The notes: generated by a model from the letters alone, not told the origin. 64,000 nt of DNA from Candidatus Freyarchaeum deiterrae (GCA_037305845.1 CP147778.1:928001-992000); one strand, 5' to 3'; positions 20,859 to 31,686 are shown, numbered from the stretch's first letter. Translations and numbers: made by a program.

Positions 20859-21518
20859 TTGCCTTTTTGTAGGCAATTATTGAAGGTGAAAGCAGTGAGC
20901 CGTAGGAGGTTATTCAAAGAAATCGTAGCCGCTATCGGGGTTGCTCTTCTGCTAGGAGGGATCATTGCCACTCCTGCAGCAACAGTCTTGACCCTGTATT
21001 TCCCAGTAATGGATTTGACGCCAGTATCCGGTAGTGTAAATTATAACTTCACGCAGATTAGGATAGTACCACCTGGACAAATGAGCTTTGTAGGTGTTTA
21101 TCTGAACTATGGTGACAGCTTGATAGGTGTTTACTCTTCAAACATAAGAGTCAACGCATACATTATGGATGTTTTTAACTTCTATAATTATGTACAGGGC
21201 GCCACCTTCTTCACACCAATAATTAAAGGCCTGCCTTCAGCATTCTCACTCTTTGGATACACAGCCTCAGCTCCGGGATATTACTACTTTGTTGTTGAAA
21301 ACTACTCTCCGTATCCTGCTTTCGTAGCAGTGCAGGGATCAATTATGTCTAGCATAGTAATTCCCAGAAGCAACAATGGACATATTTTATCCCAGTTACT
21401 GCTGGATGCAGCTTTAATAGCTGCACTGATCGGCGCAGTATTGTATCTACCGGTCCGAGCTTGGGAATCAAGAACTTCTAAAAAAGCTAAGAAGAAAAAA
21501 GTTGCTAAAAAGCGGTAA
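20859..21518 (+). CDS. Membrane protein with extracytoplasmic beta-sandwich (GOLD/emp24-like), Lys-rich tail (start probably ~20886)
   Basis: N-term TM, YTASAPGYYYFVVEN, C-term TM, KKAKKKKVAKKR. Confidence 0.55.
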   Translation: MPFCRQLLKVKAVSRRRLFKEIVAAIGVALLLGGIIATPAATVLTLYFPVMDLTPVSGSVNYNFTQIRIVPPGQMSFVGVYLNYGDSLIGVYSSNIRVNAYIMDVFNFYNYVQGATFFTPIIKGLPSAFSLFGYTASAPGYYYFVVENYSPYPAFVAVQGSIMSSIVIPRSNNGHILSQLLLDAALIAALIGAVLYLPVRAWESRTSKKAKKKKVAKKR

Positions 21519-21906
21519 CATCATAATTAGATAATGCACATTGAGGCTCTATCCCTTATTTATAAAAATTTAAACTGAAGTAAAGAGAATGTCTCAAACC
21601 CTAGTCGCAGATAACGGGTAAAAAAATTGGTTATTTTTTAATTCCTTCAATTTGGGAATTTTTAACAGAAAGACAGCCTCTAAAATTAAAGCACCTCCAG
21701 ACCATTTCCATCCAAATTCATTCATAGGTATCACGACATCTTGTTGTAAGAAGAATGTAGCTTTTTCAGGTTCTACATTAAAGAAAACTAAGTTGATTCT
21801 GACATTTTTCGGCAAAATATATTAGAGAGAACTAATAGTGAATATTTTACTACAGGTTCTTAACTCTAAGAAATAATTTTATTAAAAGGTTTCAAGGGGT
21901 GTTTTA

Positions 21907-22458
21907 ATGTCAGTAGGGATTGAAGTTTTTCAGGTAAAGGATAATGGAGAATTGGAAAATGTACCCTTGGATTCCACAAGTCTTTCTGGAGCTTTGATAG
22001 TGATTGATCACAACAGAAAAAACATTTGGTTCTGGAAGGAGTCAGAGGAACTCCCAAAGCTTTTAAAAATTGTTGGTGCAAGAATAGTAAACTCACTAAA
22101 ACTAAAATATGGTTTAAATTATTCTACCAAGGAGGCTACGGGGAAAAAAGAATCCGGAACTTTTCTCACACTGTTTGAGAATTTGCCAAGAGGCAAAACT
22201 TCTGAGAACTTGGTGGCTGAGAGAAAAGCAGAATTTTCACTGAAACAGCCTGTAATTGTTAGGAAGGCTGAAGAATCTTTCCAAACAAGTGAAAAGAAAA
22301 CCGCAGAGACTCAAACCAGTCTACTAGACATGGAAGGTATTTCAAAAATTTCGATATCGGTCAATATAAATATTAATTTGGAGAACTTTGAAAGCTTTGA
22401 TGCAAATAAGCTTGAGGATTTAGTCAAAAAGGTTAGAGACGTATTAAAAAACGTATAA
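21907..22458 (+). CDS. Gelsolin-like single-domain protein (divergent)
   Basis: LIVIDHNRKNIWFWK...KIVGARIV resembles Asgard gelsolin domains. Confidence 0.55.
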   Translation: MSVGIEVFQVKDNGELENVPLDSTSLSGALIVIDHNRKNIWFWKESEELPKLLKIVGARIVNSLKLKYGLNYSTKEATGKKESGTFLTLFENLPRGKTSENLVAERKAEFSLKQPVIVRKAEESFQTSEKKTAETQTSLLDMEGISKISISVNININLENFESFDANKLEDLVKKVRDVLKNV

Positions 22459-22510
22459 TTGGTTTTGAATTGTGGATTCATTTAAAGAGTATAAAAGTGG
22501 CTCTATAGCC

Positions 22511-23719
22511 TTATTTTTTTATGCTTGATATAAATTGAAGTGTACCTCTTGCCGTTTCCCTTACGTTCTCGTCCTTATCTTCATCAGCTAACGTTCTAAT
22601 TTTGGGTAATATTTGTTCTGAAATCTGGGGAGAGTTTCCAATAATCCATCCCACAGCGTCTATTGCCTTTTTGCGGACTGTAGGGTTTTTGTCTTCTAGG
22701 ATTTTTATTAGTTCCTGTGTTATTTGCTCGAGAAATGGCTGCGTTTCTTTAGGATTGTTACCCGCAATCCAACCTATGCCATGTACGGCCGCCCCTCGCA
22801 CATTTTCGTTAGCAGAGTTTAAGAGTTTACTCAGATAGGTAATGGCATCTTTAATTGTTTTAGGGTTGCTAGTTCCTAGCCATCCCAAGGTTTGAACAGC
22901 ATTCCAACCTATCATTTCGTCTCCTTTTTCTACAACTTTAAATGCGCTGGAAACAATTTTCTCGATTAATTCGATTTTTTCTTTAGTCAGTACGATTAAG
23001 CTCTCCACTGCACTTCCTCTTACGCTGGATTCTGAGTCATTCACTGCAATAAAAGCAATGTCTGATACAAAATTCTCAATTATTTCGGGTTTTTTATAAG
23101 CAATTAAAACTAGAGCCTCCACGGCATTAGATCTAACATAAGCAAACTCATCATTCTTAGCCAAGCGGACCAGTGTTGAAACATGATTCTTAACCAGTTC
23201 CGGGTTGGAACTCCCTATCCATCCCATTGCTGTGGCGGATGTTGCTTTCATCATTTCGTTTTTGGAATTTAGATGTTTCGCTAAATCTGGAATCAAATTT
23301 GTGATAACTTTGGGATTATTTCCACCAATCCAGCCTAATACTATTATGCTATTCCATCGGTAATCAGTATTGCCCCTCTCAAGTGACTCAATTATTTTAG
23401 GTGTTAATTTTTGGAAATGTTCAGGAATCTCTAAACTAAGGGAACCTAATACTTCTATCGCATTCGCTCTAACAAAGGTAGACTCATCGCTGATGGCCAG
23501 TTTTAGAATGTGGGGTAAGGCTTTTTCTGCCATTTTGGGAAACTTTTCAGCGGAAGAGCCGACAACCCATGCTGCGGTAGCCCTAGTCTGTGAATTTTCA
23601 TTCTCAAATAAGGGAAGTAGCATGTTGAAAGCTTCTTCGAGTTTATTCTCCAATAAGAGATTCCCTATGGCTTTGAAATCTTCTTCAGTCAATATATTCC
23701 CTCCACTTTTTAAACTCAA
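22511..23719 (-). CDS. HEAT-repeat protein
   Basis: About 9 repeats of VRxxAxxxLG(WI) at ~38-aa spacing. Confidence 0.9.
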   Translation of the reverse strand: MSLKSGGNILTEEDFKAIGNLLLENKLEEAFNMLLPLFENENSQTRATAAWVVGSSAEKFPKMAEKALPHILKLAISDESTFVRANAIEVLGSLSLEIPEHFQKLTPKIIESLERGNTDYRWNSIIVLGWIGGNNPKVITNLIPDLAKHLNSKNEMMKATSATAMGWIGSSNPELVKNHVSTLVRLAKNDEFAYVRSNAVEALVLIAYKKPEIIENFVSDIAFIAVNDSESSVRGSAVESLIVLTKEKIELIEKIVSSAFKVVEKGDEMIGWNAVQTLGWLGTSNPKTIKDAITYLSKLLNSANENVRGAAVHGIGWIAGNNPKETQPFLEQITQELIKILEDKNPTVRKKAIDAVGWIIGNSPQISEQILPKIRTLADEDKDENVRETARGTLQFISSIKK

Positions 23720-24443
23720 GAATGGAAACTATACAAAGTATCTAGACACAAATTCAGCTATTCAGATTTTCCATTACTAAAAAGAGATAAACAACATTAC
23801 TTTAAACTTATTTGCTGTTGAATTTATCTTTTGCTTAATGGGACTTTTTATTCGGATCGAAACCATCGCGTTTGTAGACTATTTTGGAAAAAGAGAATAT
23901 TGTTGACAAAGCAATCAATTTCTAGTTGCAAAGGTGGCAATTAGCGATTGCTGGGTAACTTATCATGGCAGTTATTGAGGGACGGAACCACCTAATCCCA
24001 ACCTTTCCTCGAAAAGTTAAGCTCAAAAGGGGGGATATCGCGTTATCCTCAATCCCGCCTAAAAAAATGGCTTGCCTTTTTTTGCTAGTTATGGGTTTTC
24101 TTTTTTGAGTTGTTAAGAATATTGCGCGATTTCAGTTAAATCGAATAATTTATAATGAAATTTATTAAAACAGTGATGGATTATAATAGACAAAGTTATT
24201 AAATAATTATTGGCATAAATACAAAGAAAAAACATTTTCAGCCAACCATAAAGTAAACAAAAGAGTTGCATTAGTCCTAACCAAAAGTATTATTAACCGA
24301 GGACGCAATCAATTATGTAGCAGTGATACAAAAAATTAAGTGATTGGTTGAGCTGAATTTACTTATAACACTCCTGAGTAGATTGTTGAGGGGTTTAAAT
24401 AGTAAATTCTGAAAGGGCGCTTGGAGCCTTTTGAGGTGAAAGA

Positions 24444-24809
24444 ATGACAACAACAGTTGAATTGAAAACGGATCAATCGTTTCTTAACGAAACTATTGAA
24501 GAATTACAGTTCTCAAGTGGATTAGACGTTGCGATTATTGATATTGATGGAAACGTTAAAGCCAGCAAACTGAGGTATGGTAAATCAGATGGAATCGGAA
24601 AATTAATAGTTGAAATCCTTGAAAAAAACAAAAGGATGGCAGAGATTTTCTCCACGGGCAGGATTGAAGACTATGTTGTGCATGGGAAGAACGGCTATAC
24701 CTTGGTAAAAGTATCCGGTTCACATATTTTGGTTGTATCGGGGTTAAAAGAACACCAACTCGGTTTAGCACTACTCAAATTGAGACAAATGGGGAATAAT
24801 AAGGAATAA
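24444..24809 (+). CDS. Roadblock/LC7 domain protein
   Basis: VAIIDIDGNVKAS...VVHGKNGY...QLGLALLKLR. Confidence 0.8.
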   Translation: MTTTVELKTDQSFLNETIEELQFSSGLDVAIIDIDGNVKASKLRYGKSDGIGKLIVEILEKNKRMAEIFSTGRIEDYVVHGKNGYTLVKVSGSHILVVSGLKEHQLGLALLKLRQMGNNKE

Positions 24810-24883
24810 TCCACAGAAGAAGAGTTTTATTGGAACAATATCGACAACAAAAAACATAACGCTCTAATTAAAATAGAAGTTTT

Positions 24884-25264
24884 TTAGATTCGTTTTAATA
24901 TTTCTTGAATTTTTTGACTCGCTCTCCTTATTTCTAGGAGTACGAGTCCCAGATTTGAGTCGGGATTTGTTATTGCAGATAGCAGCGTCGATTCTCCTAC
25001 TCCACATATGACTATGTCTCCTTTGGAAGCGCTAATTATGACCTTGTCGAGCACCCCCCGCTCTAATTCATTAACACACCTGTTGCCAATATTCAGCACC
25101 GCAGCGCCCATGGCGCCAACAATTCCTTCGTCTGCATTTTTGGGTAACGCCGACGCTAAAACCAAACCATCTGTCCTCACTATTGCAGAAGCAATTATTT
25201 GGGGGTCAGCCCTACTCATTTCTTTTAAAGCAGTTTCAAACTCTGAGCGCCACGTCTTGGACAA
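24884..25264 (-). CDS. Roadblock/LC7 (MglB-like) protein
   Basis: SAIVRTDGLVLASALP, GAMGAA, NLGLVLLEIRR. Confidence 0.92.
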   Translation of the reverse strand: MSKTWRSEFETALKEMSRADPQIIASAIVRTDGLVLASALPKNADEGIVGAMGAAVLNIGNRCVNELERGVLDKVIISASKGDIVICGVGESTLLSAITNPDSNLGLVLLEIRRASQKIQEILKRI

Positions 25265-25525
25265 TGAAGAGCCTCCTCAAGCCCACGTTGTTTAAAATAT
25301 TAGTGAATTCTTCTAATTTAAAAACATTGCCTATTTAATTTTTGTGTATCGGTTCTATATTTTGTAGAGATTTTTGCGAAAAAAAGAGCCCGTAACCCCC
25401 TTTAAGTATTTGGAGAACTTAGTATTCTCGAATAATTTTATAATGTTACAGGGATTTGTTTTCTAAATAGTAGATGAGTAGATTAATTATTTTAGGGTAT
25501 TATTTCTTTTAGAGGCGGTAGTCTA

Positions 25526-26866
25526 GTGATAAGGTTGAGTTATGATAGGGGAACGATTTTGATTCACGGTGGAAGGGTTCCAAATGCTTACTGGGACTCT
25601 CGCTCAAACGCATACAGGGCCCTAGCGATCTATTACTCGGATATTGTGGATTATCTTCAACTCTCGAAAATGGATTTTTCGGATAACGTTTTGGATCTAG
25701 TTCCCTGTCCTGTTTTTAGTTCTAACCTAGAACTGAGGGATTACCAAGAGGACGCTTTACATGCCTGGCTTGAGGCTGGTAAAAAAGGAGTCATCGTTTT
25801 GCCAACGGGAGCGGGAAAAACAATTATTGCTCTGAAAGCCATATCCCTACTGAGCGAACCTACCCTGATCTGTGTTCCAACACTGGACTTGATAGACCAG
25901 TGGCAGTCTCAAATATCAAAAGAATTCAAAATAAAAGTCGGAGTCTACGGAGGAGGAACCCATGAATTAGAGCCCATTACCGTGGCGACCTATGACACAG
26001 CATATTTACGGGCCGAAGAATTGGGGAACAAGTTTGCTTTCGTAATATTCGACGAGGTGCACCACCTACCGGCGCCGGGTTACATGAATATAGCTGAAAT
26101 GCTGGTGGCGCCCCATCGTATGGGTCTCACAGCCACCTATGAAAGGGAAGACGGCTTACACTCAGAATTAAACAGGCTGGTGGGAGGAAAAATTTTCGAG
26201 TTAGCTATTGATGAACTGGTAGGCGAGCACCTGGCAGACTTCGTTGTGGAGAAAATTGTTGTGGATTTAACGCCGGAAGAAAAAAAGGAGTACGAAAAAG
26301 AGTACAAGATTTATCTGGACTATCTAGCCACAAGCAACACCTCATCGAAATACCCGATAAGTTTTAGAAAACTGGTGCTCAGAAGCGGGAGGGATCCGAG
26401 GGCCAGAGAAGCCTTACTTGCAAGGCACCACGCCCGAGTGATAGCCTTGAACGCCTCCTCCAAAATGGATGTACTGAAAGATATTCTAGAAAAACACGTA
26501 GGGGATAGAATACTAATCTTCACCGAGTACAATGACCTAGTTTATACTATATCCAGAAAATTTCTCATTCCCTCCATCACTCATAAAACGCCAAAAAGCG
26601 AGAGAGTTGAAAACCTAGACAAGTTTAGGAGAGGCGATTACAATATCATAGTTACCTCCAAGGTTTTGGATGAAGGTGTGGATGTGCCTGAAGCAAGAGT
26701 GGGAGTGATTCTCAGCGGAACTGGAAGCAAAAGAGAATTCGTCCAGAGATTGGGGAGAATTCTCAGAAAGAAAGAAAACAAATCCGCGGTGCTCTACGAA
26801 ATAATCACCAAATCCACATCAGAAGTTGCCATATCTAAAAAGAGAAGAACCGCAATAGAGGATTAG
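25526..26866 (+). CDS. xpb: XPB/Rad25 SF2 helicase
   Basis: LPTGAGKT, DEVHH, TAT, RED motif, QRLGRILR; adjacent bax1. Confidence 0.93.
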   Translation: MIRLSYDRGTILIHGGRVPNAYWDSRSNAYRALAIYYSDIVDYLQLSKMDFSDNVLDLVPCPVFSSNLELRDYQEDALHAWLEAGKKGVIVLPTGAGKTIIALKAISLLSEPTLICVPTLDLIDQWQSQISKEFKIKVGVYGGGTHELEPITVATYDTAYLRAEELGNKFAFVIFDEVHHLPAPGYMNIAEMLVAPHRMGLTATYEREDGLHSELNRLVGGKIFELAIDELVGEHLADFVVEKIVVDLTPEEKKEYEKEYKIYLDYLATSNTSSKYPISFRKLVLRSGRDPRAREALLARHHARVIALNASSKMDVLKDILEKHVGDRILIFTEYNDLVYTISRKFLIPSITHKTPKSERVENLDKFRRGDYNIIVTSKVLDEGVDVPEARVGVILSGTGSKREFVQRLGRILRKKENKSAVLYEIITKSTSEVAISKKRRTAIED

Positions 26867-26868
26867 AG

Positions 26869-28407
26869 ATGCTGCCCGCTGAACTTTTAATTTCCAAAAT
26901 CTGGGGAAAAAACATAACACCCGTTTTCTCCCCCCTCAACGAGGAACAAACAGCCATTGCGGAAGAGATTATAAAAACATTTAAGGAGCATAAAGGAAGA
27001 AAGCAAGGCGAGTTATCAGAGGTACTTGACGGGTTTGAAGAAGGACTCAATTACAGGTTTATCCGTGGATTACGTGTCCTCCTAGAAAGAAAGTGTAGAT
27101 TCGAAAGTGTCAGTCCCCTGAACCCCGTGGAAGCTAGAAGAATAGTATTTGAAGAATCCAACAAGTTAGGTGTAGTTACCGACGGGGAAAAAAGAGCAAA
27201 AGTATTAAACAATGCAGCATCCATCCTAGGAGTCACCGTCGATAACTTGGAGGAGTCACTTTGGGCGGATTACGAGCCAGAACTAATACTCAGTGAGTTC
27301 GACGAAATCGAGCCCGTTGAACTCCTAAAATGGTACAATCTCTCTCTGGCTCAAACCCTACTATTCAGCGCCACAAACATGGAAATCACTGTTAAATCTG
27401 GTTACCAAGAGCTATTCAGAGCGATAAAATACTATAAGTTAATGTACACAGCAGAATCACACGACGACAACTTTGTAATAAACATAGAAGGCACAGTATC
27501 TCTCCTAAAGCTAACCGAACGCTACGGCACATCAATAGCAAAAGTTCTCCCCGCAATTATTTCAGGGAAGGAATGGCAAATAAAGGCAAACATACTAAGA
27601 AAAGGTCTACAGAAGAACCCCCGAATATACGAGTTCATAATGAATGAAAAAGAAGGAGAAAAACTAATGACCAGAAAAACCATAGAAACCGAGCAATTTG
27701 ACAGCAGAGTAGAAGAAGACTTCTACCACAGATTCAAAGCCCTAAAAACAGGATGGACAATAACCAGAGAACCAGAACCACTGATAAGCGGATTAACAGT
27801 AATGATACCAGACTTCGGCTTCGAAAAAGAAGGCATGAAAATACTCATGGAAATCGTAGGATTCTGGACAGAAAAATACCTCGAAAGAAAAATCGCCAAA
27901 CTGGAAAAAATCAACCAAGAACTAATCCTAGCCATCGACGAAAACCTAGCCTGCTCATCCTTCGAAAACATCCCGGGAAAAATAATATACTACAAGAAGA
28001 AAGTACCCCTAAAACCAGTAGTCGAAATACTAAAGAAGCTTGAACAAGGCAAAGAAAACCAAGACATCGCAAAATTAACAATCGCCACAATTCAACTAAA
28101 AGAAGATGCAGTACCCCTAAAAGAAATATCCAAAAAACACAAAGTCAGTCTAGAAGCGATTAGAAAAACCATCAATGTAAAAGGTTATAGATTGATTGGA
28201 AACACAATGATAAGCGAAAGAATGCTAGAGAAACTAGGCGAAGAGTTAGAAAAACTCTCCATAAAAACCCGCACCGAAGCAGCAGAACTCTTCAAGAAAA
28301 ATGGCATAACCGAAGTAGACCAGTTACTCGAAGCCCTAGGCTACAGAGTCATATGGTCCTCACTAGATACAGAAAACGTACCAATAATCAAAAGTAAGAA
28401 AGAGTAA
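26869..28407 (+). CDS. bax1: Bax1 nuclease (DUF790)
   Basis: MLPAELL, YNLSLAQTLLF, IPDF...EIVGFWT. Confidence 0.9.
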   Translation: MLPAELLISKIWGKNITPVFSPLNEEQTAIAEEIIKTFKEHKGRKQGELSEVLDGFEEGLNYRFIRGLRVLLERKCRFESVSPLNPVEARRIVFEESNKLGVVTDGEKRAKVLNNAASILGVTVDNLEESLWADYEPELILSEFDEIEPVELLKWYNLSLAQTLLFSATNMEITVKSGYQELFRAIKYYKLMYTAESHDDNFVINIEGTVSLLKLTERYGTSIAKVLPAIISGKEWQIKANILRKGLQKNPRIYEFIMNEKEGEKLMTRKTIETEQFDSRVEEDFYHRFKALKTGWTITREPEPLISGLTVMIPDFGFEKEGMKILMEIVGFWTEKYLERKIAKLEKINQELILAIDENLACSSFENIPGKIIYYKKKVPLKPVVEILKKLEQGKENQDIAKLTIATIQLKEDAVPLKEISKKHKVSLEAIRKTINVKGYRLIGNTMISERMLEKLGEELEKLSIKTRTEAAELFKKNGITEVDQLLEALGYRVIWSSLDTENVPIIKSKKE

Positions 28408-28622
28408 AATTTCTCTTAAACACTATTTATAGATAGTCTGCCCTACAAAATAGAAGTGCAAAGCTGCATAAATCGGTATATTTTGTAAATTAGATTAGTT
28501 TCCGCTTCCTAGTCGGTCTCCCCCTAGAGGAGATAAAAACCATAAAATTTAATTCCTCCAGTTTTGAATTAATACCTAATTCTTATTATAGTGATGATAA
28601 TAAATTATTCGGAGGCGAGATT

Positions 28623-29050
28623 ACGGTCAAAAGATTAGCTGTAGTTGACATAGACCGATGCACAGGCTGCGCCCTGTGTACATTTTCGCATGTACTAGGC
28701 GCTTTGGTGTTGGTGGTCTTGGGAAGAGCGACATTTTTGTGAAGTCTTTGGGTGGTGTTGAGAGGGGTTTTGCTGTTGTTGTCTGTAGGGCGTGTAAGGA
28801 GGTTGCTCCTTGTGCTAAGGCTTGTCCTGTTGATGCGCTTGAATCTAGGAAGGGGTTGGGTGTTACTTTGAATAAGGATAAGTGTATTAGTTGCAGGAAG
28901 TGTGTTGAGGCGTGTCCTTTTGGTGCGGTTTTTTGGGATGAGGAGATTGATAAGCCGACGATATGTGTGTATTGTGGTATTTGTGCGAAGTATTGCCCGC
29001 ATGGAGTTATTGCTTGGGAGGAAATCAAAACTGGGAGTGAGGTGAGTTAA
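28623..29050 (+). pseudogene. 4Fe-4S ferredoxin-like AOR small subunit, frameshifted
   Basis: KRLAVVDIDRCTGCALC in one frame, FACTRRFG... in another (2 extra nt near 28680); ACG where a start is expected. Confidence 0.75.
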
Positions 29051-30811
29051 TTGTCTGAATTTTTGCCTTCGAATGTTTTGTATGTTGATTTATCTAAGCA
29101 TCTTCATAAGACGGAGAATAGGCATGAACTTTTTGAGGAGTATATTGGTGGAACTGGTGTAGCTACGCAGCTGTTGCTGGAGGAGTGTGAGAAGGGTGTT
29201 GATCCGCTTGGTCCGGGTAACGTGATAGTTTTTGCTGTGGGTCCTTTAGTTAACCTTTATCCTATGGCTTCTAAGACTGTGGCTATGTTTAAGTCTCCTC
29301 ATACTGGGAATCTGGGTGAGAGTCATGCTGGTGGTAGGAGTGCGGTGGCTATTAGGTCTGCGGGTTATGGTGCGATAGTGATAAAGGGGGTTAGTGAGAG
29401 TCCGGTTTACCTTGCTGTTCATGGGGATAAGGTGTTTTTCAGGGATGCTTCGGCTTATTGGGGTATGGATAGTACGCAGACTGTTGCTAGGGTTATTAGG
29501 GAGAATGAGCCGGGTTCTGGTGTTAGGACAATTATGAGGATTGGTAAGGCGGGGGAGAACCTTGTCACTTATGCGAGTTTGGTTACGGAGACTTACAGGC
29601 ATTTTGGTAGATTGGGGTTGGGGGCGGTTTTTGGAAGCAAGAGGCTGAAGGCGGTTCTGGTGTCTGGTAAGAAAACCGCTCCGGTAGCGGATATGAAGCT
29701 GTACAGGGAAGTTTATGACACCTTATTCAATGAGCAGACGAAGAAGTCTTCGGCGTTGCAGAAGTATCATGATTTGGGAACCGCTTCCAATATTCTGGTG
29801 TTGAATGAATTGAGGGGGTTGCCGACAAGAAATTTGGAGCAGGCTTTTTTTGAGAATGCGGAGGAAATTTCGGGAGAGAATTTGGCTGAGAAGTTTCTGG
29901 GTCGCCGGGTGGCGTGTGCTCATTGTCCGGTGGCCTGCATACATTTGGCAACTTTGAGGGAGCCTTATGTTGATGAGCCTTACTTTTATAAAACTACGTC
30001 GGTTTCCTACGATTATGAGCTGTTGTTTGCTCTCGGCTGCATGTTAGGGGTTTCGAGTGTTCATGGTGCCTTGAAGCTTTTTGATGGGGTTGAAAAGTGG
30101 GGTTTAGATGCTATGAGTACTGGTGTCGTTCTTGCTTGGGCTACGGAGGCGGTCGAGAAGGAACTCATATCAAAAGAAGAAACCCTAGGAATGGAGCCCA
30201 AATGGGGAGATCATGAAACTTATCTCAAAATGATGGAGTTAGTGGTGAATCAACCCAATGAATTTTACAAGTTTCTAGCTAGAGGAGTGGATAAAGCGGC
30301 GGAGAGGTACGGAGGCCTAGACTTCGCCTTAGCAATGGGTGGAAATGAGATGTCGGGGTATCACACTGGTCCAGCGGGCTACGTAGGGTTTTACACTGGG
30401 GCGAGACACAGCCACCTAGACTCAGGGGGATACAGTTTAGATCAGAAGGAGGTTGGCAAAACAGAAGTGCTGACTCCGCCAAACATCGTTGATAAACTCT
30501 TCAAGGAAGAGGTTTGGCGACAGATATTGTCCAGTCTCGTTATATGCTTTTTCGCTAGGGGCGTGTACACACCAGACATGGTTATTAAAGCACTGAAAAC
30601 GGTGAACCTGAACTTCAGCGAAGAGGACTTGATGAAACTCGGAGAAAAAATTCTCAAAGAGAAATATAAATTCAAGCTCCAAGAAGGATTCGATTTCAAC
30701 AACCTGAGAATACCCTCAAAAATACTGGAAATAGAATCTCCCCATAAAAAGATAAAAAGGGAAACCATTGAGGAAGCCATCAAACTCTACGCAGACAAAA
30801 TAAAGGCTTAA
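29051..30811 (+). CDS. Tungsten-containing aldehyde:ferredoxin oxidoreductase family
   Basis: KSPHTG...SHAGG, GRLGLGAVFGSKRLK, CAHCPVAC, GLDAMSTG. Confidence 0.93.
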   Translation: MSEFLPSNVLYVDLSKHLHKTENRHELFEEYIGGTGVATQLLLEECEKGVDPLGPGNVIVFAVGPLVNLYPMASKTVAMFKSPHTGNLGESHAGGRSAVAIRSAGYGAIVIKGVSESPVYLAVHGDKVFFRDASAYWGMDSTQTVARVIRENEPGSGVRTIMRIGKAGENLVTYASLVTETYRHFGRLGLGAVFGSKRLKAVLVSGKKTAPVADMKLYREVYDTLFNEQTKKSSALQKYHDLGTASNILVLNELRGLPTRNLEQAFFENAEEISGENLAEKFLGRRVACAHCPVACIHLATLREPYVDEPYFYKTTSVSYDYELLFALGCMLGVSSVHGALKLFDGVEKWGLDAMSTGVVLAWATEAVEKELISKEETLGMEPKWGDHETYLKMMELVVNQPNEFYKFLARGVDKAAERYGGLDFALAMGGNEMSGYHTGPAGYVGFYTGARHSHLDSGGYSLDQKEVGKTEVLTPPNIVDKLFKEEVWRQILSSLVICFFARGVYTPDMVIKALKTVNLNFSEEDLMKLGEKILKEKYKFKLQEGFDFNNLRIPSKILEIESPHKKIKRETIEEAIKLYADKIKA

Positions 30812-30872
30812 AGTAAGTAAGTCGCCGTTTATTAAAAACCCTCTCCTTTTTAGGAAGCCTTATGTTTTTTGG

Positions 30873-31079
30873 CTAGGTTTTTGTTCGTTTTTTATTTATA
30901 CGTTTCAGAGCGTTTTTTGCTGCTCTTCGGATATCATTTCCGTACCAGTTCTCATGGTAGTCGTCGAGGGGCCAATCATAATTTAGGGCCCAGTTTAGGG
31001 CTGTCACCGCTCTCTCATCTTCTATGATGAATGAAAAGGTACACATATTTTTTAGAGGCGAACTCAAAAACTGTGACAC
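30873..31079 (-). pseudogene. Probable remnant of a HEAT/PBS-repeat gene C-terminus
   Basis: DERAVTALNWAL...IRRAAKNALKRI. Confidence 0.35.
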
Positions 31080-31269
31080 AAGTGAATTACAAGGCGAATC
31101 AGGTAAACCCGAGACAAATTAGATTTTTATCTGTCAATAAAAATTTAATGCTGTCAATGGTTTCTCCGGGTTCAATTAACACAACCCTGTCAATAAAAAA
31201 GCACAAAAAGGCGGGATAAAGGTGAGGGAAAAAAGACAAATAATAATTTATTGTAGACTTTTTATTTGT

Positions 31270-31665
31270 TTACACCGTTTTTCTGCCCGCTCCGCAGCCA
31301 CTGCAACGGGTTTCATTCTTCTTATTCTCCGTTCTGCAGTATTCGCACGTCCACACGGCAAACTTATTACTTATTTCCGCGGCTTTATGTTCCGCGAAAG
31401 ATGCACTACAATTAGTGCATAGACCATTTGTGTATTTCAAGGGAAGTTTTGCTCCACATTCTAAACAGTGACGGAAACAATTCACGCAAAGTTTCTTCTT
31501 AGCCCAATCTTCGCCCAGATAAAAAGCCAATACCACACCATTAAGTCTAAGACCTTTTCGGTCAGTTCCCATTTCACCCAGGGGTTTCCTCATGAAAAAA
31601 TTTGTTACCGGTTTTCCACATTTCGCACAAATATCGGGACTTTTTTCTTTTGTTTTCTCATTCAT
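31270..31665 (-). CDS. Multi-Zn-finger protein with C-terminal RanBP2/NZF finger
   Basis: WTCEYCRTENKKNETRCSGC matches W-x-C-x2-C-x3-N-x6-C-x2-C. Confidence 0.8.
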   Translation of the reverse strand: MNEKTKEKSPDICAKCGKPVTNFFMRKPLGEMGTDRKGLRLNGVVLAFYLGEDWAKKKLCVNCFRHCLECGAKLPLKYTNGLCTNCSASFAEHKAAEISNKFAVWTCEYCRTENKKNETRCSGCGAGRKTV

Positions 31666-31686
31666 TTTTTATCGCCTTAATTTTAT

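Noticed and set aside
23940-24110. GC-richer intergenic patch with a small hairpin and a 47-codon ORF
   Set aside because: No recognisable RNA or protein motif
31131-31200. Three CTGTCAAT words
   Set aside because: Irregular spacing; more likely decayed coding sequence than an operator array
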